Source of the DNA: a virus
Strand: one strand, 5' to 3'
DNA length: 64,000 nucleotides
Virus record (IMG/VR): IMGVR_UViG_3300042564_000781
Coordinates: 56,668-120,667 of that record
Made by a program: the position numbers and the translations under genes. Positions 58,227-64,000 of the stretch are shown here, piece after piece. Position 1 is the stretch's first letter; every line of letters begins with the position of its first letter. The notes beneath the pieces are model-generated. The model ran no database searches. It saw only the letters and a program-made list of their open reading frames with translations, and was not told the origin of the DNA.

Positions 58227-59030
58227 ATGCAAAAAATTTCAAGTTATTTATATTCAAACAGAATCCAAGCAGTTGTCAATCTGGCTGCATCACCTTTGGA
58301 GTGGAGAATCGTGTATCAACGTAAATTTAAAATCTATCAAGGCCTAGACAATGTACTAGAACTTGATGTAAAAAATGCCGAACAAAAACGTATCGACATT
58401 ACTACTTATGCATTGAAGTTCGTCATTATGGATCAACTTAATCAAGAAGTATATGCAGGTAATGTTAACACTGCAACAGGTAAAAAAGGCATTGGATTGA
58501 TGGTTATCCCGGCGCTGGCCTTAGATACTATTACCCCTCAATTCCTAAAATACACAGTATACATCCTTAATCAAGATACTACTAAAACTCCTGTATACGG
58601 TGATACTCAGTTTGGTGTTACGGGAACTATGGATTTGTTAGGCGGCGCAATGCCAACCGGTCTGCCTGTTAAAATCATAAAAACTTTTATATATGAAATT
58701 GATGTAAATGACCCTACTTGGCAAACTCGAAATTATTACAGCGAATCAATCGAAATCAATCCAGTAAATGACGGCGTTGGATCTGGAGAAGTTGAGTTAA
58801 CGTTTTCTTTTAGTTCATTGGCTGCGCCTATTACTGTACAAACTACCACTGGCGATATAGTAAGTACTGCTACTAATTGGACTAGTGTAGAAACATTTAA
58901 TGTAACCACAGCAACCACTACTGTAACAAAAACATACACTATTGACCCTGATACAAATTGGCTGAGAATCTCCTACACGGCCCAGGCAAATACTACCGGA
59001 ACAATTGACAAAGTAACAGCAATACTGTAA
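58227..59030 (+). CDS. Probable virion structural protein (Ig-like/baseplate-type beta domains)
   Basis: TATAAATA at 58198-58205 and a GAGG SD site favour the ATG at 58227. IYQG.DN.L...VKN.EQK motif; Thr-rich beta composition. Confidence 0.55.
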   Translation: MQKISSYLYSNRIQAVVNLAASPLEWRIVYQRKFKIYQGLDNVLELDVKNAEQKRIDITTYALKFVIMDQLNQEVYAGNVNTATGKKGIGLMVIPALALDTITPQFLKYTVYILNQDTTKTPVYGDTQFGVTGTMDLLGGAMPTGLPVKIIKTFIYEIDVNDPTWQTRNYYSESIEINPVNDGVGSGEVELTFSFSSLAAPITVQTTTGDIVSTATNWTSVETFNVTTATTTVTKTYTIDPDTNWLRISYTAQANTTGTIDKVTAIL

Positions 59031-59033
59031 AAT
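59005..59033 (+). promoter_or_regulatory. Sigma70-type promoter
   Basis: TTGACA-17 bp-TAAAAT, with the ATG 6 nt downstream. Confidence 0.75.
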
Positions 59034-59039
59034 GTAACT

Positions 59040-60029
59040 ATGAGTTTAATCATAGATACAGTACAGTCATACCTCCCTGCAAAACGTAAAGTAACCCCGA
59101 GTGGTTGGGTCAGCTTCAATGCGGTATGCTGTCACCATAACGGGACATCAGCTGACAATAGACAGCGTGGCGGCATTATGGTTAATGAAGGTGTTAGCTA
59201 TCATTGCTTTAACTGTGGATTCAAAGCCAGTTGGCAACCAGGTCGCAAAGTATCGGTTAAATTAAAACGTCTTATGCAATGGCTAGGTGTTGCAGACGAT
59301 ACCATTACCAAATGTAGTCTAGAGGCTATGCGCATCGAAGAAGACAGTTCATACAAAGGTGAGCAAGGTCTTATACCCACATTTATTGACAAAGCCTTGC
59401 CTATTGGCACTAAGCCTTTAACAGAATGGATTAAACATCCCTCAGACGAGCTAGTACCAGTATTGGAATACCTAGCCAGCCGCAACCTATACGTAGATGA
59501 TTATCCTTGGCATTGGACTGATGAAGATGGATTTAGCAATAGACTAATTATTCCTTTTTATCACGAACATAGGCTAGTTGGATATACTGCCCGTAAGATT
59601 ACAACTGGTAAACCCAAGTACATAAGTGAACAACAGCCCGGATATGTGTTTAATTTAGACAGACAACATTACGAACGTAAATATGTCATAGTAACAGAAG
59701 GCCCTATTGATGCTATCTGTATAGACGGTGTTGCTGTAATGAGTGCTGAGATCGGCGTAAGCCAACATGCACTAATTAGTCAACTACAGCGTGAAGTTAT
59801 AGTGGTAGCAGATAGAGATGACGCTGGTTATAGGATGGTTGAACAGGCACTAGAATATGGATGGAGTGTAGCTTTTCCTGAATGGACCGAAGGCGTTAAA
59901 GACGTAAATGACGCAGTTATCAAATACGGAAAATTATATACACTATACAGTATCATAAGCTCAAAAGAATCTAACAATTTAAAAATACAGTTACAAGCAC
60001 GTAAATGGTTTAAGAAGGAAGAAGAATGA
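59040..60029 (+). CDS. gp61: DNA primase (Zn ribbon + TOPRIM)
   Basis: CC....D.R.RGG, YHCFNCG, RLIIPF, GYTAR, EGPIDA, DRDDAG, KDVND. Confidence 0.88.
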   Translation: MSLIIDTVQSYLPAKRKVTPSGWVSFNAVCCHHNGTSADNRQRGGIMVNEGVSYHCFNCGFKASWQPGRKVSVKLKRLMQWLGVADDTITKCSLEAMRIEEDSSYKGEQGLIPTFIDKALPIGTKPLTEWIKHPSDELVPVLEYLASRNLYVDDYPWHWTDEDGFSNRLIIPFYHEHRLVGYTARKITTGKPKYISEQQPGYVFNLDRQHYERKYVIVTEGPIDAICIDGVAVMSAEIGVSQHALISQLQREVIVVADRDDAGYRMVEQALEYGWSVAFPEWTEGVKDVNDAVIKYGKLYTLYSIISSKESNNLKIQLQARKWFKKEEE

Positions 60030-60136
60030 AATTTATTAATTGGCTACTAACGCCCTACAGACGCTGGCAGGAACGCAAAGCATTTAATAAGCGTCTTGAA
60101 GAACTGCGTAAACGCGATCCATTTATTTACAAATGA
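60026..60136 (+). CDS. 36-aa micropeptide MKFINWLLTPYRRWQERKAFNKRLEELRKRDPFIYK (not in the ORF track)
   Basis: ATGA overlaps with both the primase stop and the carbamoyltransferase start, filling the gap exactly. Confidence 0.75.
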   Translation: MKFINWLLTPYRRWQERKAFNKRLEELRKRDPFIYK

Positions 60137-61077
60137 TACAGTGGGGAATAAACGCTCTCAATCACGGCAGTAGTCTAGCGGTGTTTAAGGATAGCGAACT
60201 ACTATCATGGGTTACGTGTAAAGATAACGAAATAGACACATTACTTATTACTGATGCACTACATCGAGGTGCTCCGGATCGTATTTTTTGGTATGAACGT
60301 CCTTGGCTTAAAAAAGCAAGACAAGTATATGCTGGGCAATATGCGACAGCATTAGACATGTCGGTGTTACCTAAACGATATTTGAATAAAATAAGAGTTC
60401 ACTATGCCCCAGTTACTTACACGCCGCACCATGCAAGTCATGCTGCCGCTGGGTACTACTCTAGTCCGTTTAATCACTGTGCCATTGTTGTACTAGATGC
60501 AATAGGTGAATTTGAATCGGCTACCATATGGGAAGCCAAGTACGGTGAAATGAAGAAAGTATGGAGCAGAAGTTATCCACATAGTTTAGGCTTGTTCTAT
60601 TCAGCATTTACAAAATTAATTGGACTTACTCCAATTAAAGATGAATACCTATTACAGAAGATGGCAGCACAGGGCGACAAACAACGGTATTTTAAAGAAG
60701 TTAATAACTATGTCAGCAACACAGTTAATCTAAAATACAACCTACATCGAGGTGTATTAAACTGGCCTTACCCGATTGAAACACTGCAAGATCAATGTGA
60801 CATTGCGGCCGCAGTACAAGATGCATTTGAAGGTCAAATTGGTATGGTTATGCTAGAAGCTAGAAAATTAATCAACACCGATTGCCTAGTTTATATGGGC
60901 GGCTGTGCTATGAATTCGGATGCTAACAAACGGTTTGTAGAACCCGCATTTAAGTATCGCTGGTCATTGCCAAATCCGGGTGATCCGAGTAGTAGCATAG
61001 GGGCAGTTGCTTATCACAATAAACAACGGATATACCGCAACTGGTCACCAGTCAAACACATTGCAATTAACGTATAA
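60133..61077 (+). CDS. Carbamoyltransferase N-terminal (Kae1-like) domain only
   Basis: GINA.NH.SS, YERP..K..RQ, HH.SHAAAGY, LDAIGE, YPHSLGLFYS, GGCAMN, GD.SSSIG. The C-terminal GPRALG domain is absent. Confidence 0.85.
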   Translation: MIQWGINALNHGSSLAVFKDSELLSWVTCKDNEIDTLLITDALHRGAPDRIFWYERPWLKKARQVYAGQYATALDMSVLPKRYLNKIRVHYAPVTYTPHHASHAAAGYYSSPFNHCAIVVLDAIGEFESATIWEAKYGEMKKVWSRSYPHSLGLFYSAFTKLIGLTPIKDEYLLQKMAAQGDKQRYFKEVNNYVSNTVNLKYNLHRGVLNWPYPIETLQDQCDIAAAVQDAFEGQIGMVMLEARKLINTDCLVYMGGCAMNSDANKRFVEPAFKYRWSLPNPGDPSSSIGAVAYHNKQRIYRNWSPVKHIAINV

Positions 61078-61089
61078 AGAGAGTATAAT
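61061..61089 (+). promoter_or_regulatory. Sigma70-type promoter
   Basis: TTGCAA-17 bp-TATAAT, with the ATG 5 nt downstream. Confidence 0.7.
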
Positions 61090-61094
61090 AGATA

Positions 61095-61874
61095 ATGTCT
61101 AAAACTTTATGGATATTTGGGGACAGTTATGCTGATACAAGTCTATTTGATCACGATCGGGTATGGATTAATCAGTTAGCCAAAAAACTTAATTATAAAT
61201 TAAAAAATATAAGTATGTTAGGTTGTAGTCAAGATTTCCCTTGCCAGATGCTAGCAGATCATGCCAGCGACATCTCCCAAGACGACCAAGTTATAATTGT
61301 GTCAACTAGTCCTGGCAGATTTTGGTTTTTTGAAGATCTACCAGAGATAACAAACCCTAATGTCATTTTTACCAATACGAAAAACACAGAAAAACTTATT
61401 GGAAAAGATAGAGCTAGGGTTGCAGAAATGTATTTTAAATACCTACAACGACCTCAGCTAGATATTTTACATTCTACATTAAGATTAGGATGGCTAAATC
61501 ATATGGCTGTAACGCACGGCTGGAAACCTCCTTTAATAATTTTTGGATTTTTTCAATTTACATTAAGTTGTAGCAAGTATCCTAATTTAATTCTCAGTAA
61601 CGGTAATCTTACAGATAATATAAGTGAACCTGAAGTAGAACCAAATGGACATCTTTTCAAAGGATCAGATCCAAGGTATAATCATTTGTGCCTTAGAAAT
61701 CACGATGTTTTAAGCAACAAAATATATAATACGTTAGTAGACAACCAGAGTCTAGATCTTACTCAAGGTTTTCATACAAAACTAATATCAAAAAAATCAT
61801 TGCACGACAATGAATGGGCAAATGAAGAATTGTGTGTACCAGCATACTTAAAGTTTAAAAATGGATACAAGTAA
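61095..61874 (+). CDS. SGNH/GDSL-hydrolase-like protein
   Basis: IFGDSY block I, W...LA, N.S..G.S, and C-terminal D.R.NH. Confidence 0.65.
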   Translation: MSKTLWIFGDSYADTSLFDHDRVWINQLAKKLNYKLKNISMLGCSQDFPCQMLADHASDISQDDQVIIVSTSPGRFWFFEDLPEITNPNVIFTNTKNTEKLIGKDRARVAEMYFKYLQRPQLDILHSTLRLGWLNHMAVTHGWKPPLIIFGFFQFTLSCSKYPNLILSNGNLTDNISEPEVEPNGHLFKGSDPRYNHLCLRNHDVLSNKIYNTLVDNQSLDLTQGFHTKLISKKSLHDNEWANEELCVPAYLKFKNGYK

Positions 61875-61877
61875 TAA

Positions 61878-63377
61878 ATGAACGATTATAATAACGATAA
61901 AGCAAGACAAAACGTAGACTACGGGTACGATATACAACGTCTTTATTTAGAAATGATGCTATCTGATGCAGAAACATTTGTACGCTGCCAAAGCATCTTT
62001 GATCACGAACTATTTGATCGCAAGCTACAAGCAAGTGCCAAGTTCTTAAATGACTATGTAGTAGATCATAATGTACTGCCCACATATGACATTGTTAATG
62101 CGGCCACTGGATCAACCTTTAAAGAAACTACAGATCTTAAAGATGCACACTATGATTGGCTACTCAGTGACTTTGAAACATTTATTCGACACAAAGGTCT
62201 TGAGAGAGCTATTCTAGCCTCAGCTGACTTGTTGGAAAAAGGTGAGTACGGTCCTGTAGAAGAACTAGTTAAGAAGGCAGTGCAAGTTGGCTTAACCAAA
62301 GATCTAGGCACTGACTACTTTGCAGATCCACGTGGTCGCTTGATGAAGATCAAAAGCAACAACGGGCAGTTAAAGACTGGCTGGGACACTGTGGACAAAC
62401 GATTGTTTGGGGGGTTTAACCGAGGAGAGCTGAATATCTTTGCAGGCGGTTCGGGTGCGGGCAAGAGTCTATTCCTAGCAAACTTAGGAGTCAACTGGGC
62501 ACTACAGGGATTTAATGTAGTGTATCTAACTCTAGAATTAAGTGAAGAACTAGTATCAATGCGTGTGGATAGTATGATAACTGATATACCTAGCAGAGAC
62601 ATTTTTAAGAATATTGATGATGTTGAGATGAAGGTTAAGGTAATTGGCAAGAAGAGCGGCACATATCAAGTCAAGTACATGCCATCGGGTAAAACATCTA
62701 ATGATGTGCGTAGTTACTTGAAAGAGTATGAGATTAAACTAGGACGTAAAGTAGACATCTTGTTAGTAGACTACTTGGACTTGCTGATGCCAATCTCCAA
62801 GAAGATTTCAGCGGAGAACCTGTTTATTAAGGACAAGTACGTAAGTGAAGAATTGCGTAACCTAGCAGTGGAGAAGCAGTGTGTCTTGGTAACGGCTGCA
62901 CAGTTGAATCGTGGTGCTGTGGAAGAAGTTGAGTTTGATCACAGTCACATTTCGGGTGGATTAAGTAAGATACAGACTGCGGACAACGTGTTTGGTATCT
63001 TTACATCAAGGGCCATGCGTGAACGTGGCAAGTATCAAATCCAGCTGATGAAAACTCGTAGTAGTTCGGGTGTGGGCATGAAGATTGATTTGGACTTTAA
63101 CATTGATACTCTACGTATTACAGATCCAGGAGAAGAAGGGCAGGGCGAGTATGGTAATGATTCAGGCGGTGCTCCAGTGAGCAAGGGCAATCAAATCCTT
63201 AACAGTCTCCAGAGATCTAGTACTACAGGTGGAACTAGCACAGAAGGTTGGGCACGTGGACAACCCCGAGAAGGACATGATCCACTAGCGGGCATTGCCA
63301 TTAAGAAGAATACCGCACAGGTAGAGTCAAGTAAACTTAGACAACTGCTGAATCAACTACCTTCGGACGACATTTAA
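61878..63377 (+). CDS. gp41: Replicative DnaB-like helicase
   Basis: TGW..VD..L.GG, GGSGAGKS, TLELSE, VDYLDL, EELR.LA, TA.Q.NR, TAD, KTR. Confidence 0.92.
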   Translation: MNDYNNDKARQNVDYGYDIQRLYLEMMLSDAETFVRCQSIFDHELFDRKLQASAKFLNDYVVDHNVLPTYDIVNAATGSTFKETTDLKDAHYDWLLSDFETFIRHKGLERAILASADLLEKGEYGPVEELVKKAVQVGLTKDLGTDYFADPRGRLMKIKSNNGQLKTGWDTVDKRLFGGFNRGELNIFAGGSGAGKSLFLANLGVNWALQGFNVVYLTLELSEELVSMRVDSMITDIPSRDIFKNIDDVEMKVKVIGKKSGTYQVKYMPSGKTSNDVRSYLKEYEIKLGRKVDILLVDYLDLLMPISKKISAENLFIKDKYVSEELRNLAVEKQCVLVTAAQLNRGAVEEVEFDHSHISGGLSKIQTADNVFGIFTSRAMRERGKYQIQLMKTRSSSGVGMKIDLDFNIDTLRITDPGEEGQGEYGNDSGGAPVSKGNQILNSLQRSSTTGGTSTEGWARGQPREGHDPLAGIAIKKNTAQVESSKLRQLLNQLPSDDI

Positions 63378-63448
63378 TCTTACTGTAACATGATTTTTAT
63401 CAATAAAAGATAAGTACGTGTATATAAAACTCAACAAGGTAGCGAATC

Positions 63449-63874
63449 ATGTTAAAAGTAATCCAAGATCTCCACGATCCACTTATCGACTTGGTCAAGG
63501 ATGACCCTGTACGTCCGGCCATTCCCACTGCTAGTCGCATACATGATCACGCTGAAATACTAGTATTGATGGAAGATGACAAGCCAGCCGCAGTGGTATG
63601 TGTGGCCTACTTAGATGCTGTGCCCACTACGGAAACTGAACTGGGAAAAACTGGGGACAATGTGGCTGCATTCTATACCATATGGTCATACCAAACGGGT
63701 GCGGGACGCAGAATGATTCGAGCTGCTCGCATACACATAGCACAGAACCGCCCCACTATCAAGACCTATGTGACCTTGAGCCCCAAGACTGAAATGGCTC
63801 GTAGATTCCACATGAGTAACGGTGCTAGCATGTTAGCTGATAACGAGACCACAGTGAACTACCTCTACGAATAA
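63449..63874 (+). CDS. GNAT-fold protein resembling the malonyl-CoA decarboxylase catalytic core
   Basis: A.FYTIWS...GAG..MI......P.IKTYVTLSP matches the malonyl-CoA decarboxylase AxFYSI...KTFxTLSP pattern. Confidence 0.6.
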   Translation: MLKVIQDLHDPLIDLVKDDPVRPAIPTASRIHDHAEILVLMEDDKPAAVVCVAYLDAVPTTETELGKTGDNVAAFYTIWSYQTGAGRRMIRAARIHIAQNRPTIKTYVTLSPKTEMARRFHMSNGASMLADNETTVNYLYE

Positions 63875-64000
63875 CGGCCACCAGAGTCGTAGCCGCGAAG
63901 CGGCGCAGCGCCAAAACAGATTTTTAAATCAATTATGTTAGCAGTTAATCTCTGTACCGTTGGGTATTTTAGTCATAGTTAGCTCCTGTTAGTATGCATA

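Noticed and set aside
1137-62662. Many short antisense or alternate-frame ORFs in the track (e.g. 3856-4152, 9764-10144, 17951-18373, 31851-32324, 48018-48464)
   Set aside because: They lie inside well-supported genes, have no motifs or expression signals, and are expected as shadows of biased codon use.
44699-63377. Inteins or introns in terminase, UvsX, UvsW, primase or helicase
   Set aside because: All have normal lengths and contiguous motifs.
1-64000. CRISPR array, tRNA, rRNA, diversity-generating retroelement or retron
   Set aside because: I saw no regularly spaced nucleotide repeats, cloverleaf, reverse transcriptase or adenine-variant repeat pair. Intergenic gaps are very short. This was by eye only.
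1-64000. Active stop-codon recoding
   Set aside because: Very long ORFs and core genes are intact in the standard code and coding density is near complete.

Overview
This window comes from a large, AT-rich, T4-like myophage (probably a jumbo phage) read in the standard genetic code. From 1 to 20.3 kb are two paralogous giant virion/fibre proteins (one starting before the window, one 3602 aa), a Gly/Cys-rich tail fibre and its chaperone. From 20.3 to 30.6 kb is a divergently transcribed cluster of tailoring enzymes: 3 flavin-dependent halogenase-like proteins, 5 2OG-Fe(II)-type oxygenases, a GT9-like glycosyltransferase and a NodU/CmcH carbamoyltransferase. From 30.6 to 48.5 kb are neck, tail, packaging and head genes. 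From 48.6 to 64 kb are replication and recombination genes (SSB, UvsX, UvsY, UvsW, gp62-like, primase, helicase). Main leads: (1) eight ~160-aa helical repeats in the giant virion protein whose Cys-x-Arg-Asp core resembles the chromophore-binding helix of phycobiliproteins; (2) the enzyme cluster under twin late-type promoters beside the Cys-rich fibre, suggesting chemical decoration of the virion; (3) a 193-aa miniature DnaE-like polymerase that keeps the catalytic Asp triad; (4) a carbamoyltransferase, PFIY micropeptide and SGNH hydrolase cassette between primase and helicase; (5) widespread leaderless promoter-ATG spacing. All calls come from reading motifs by eye; no database search was run.
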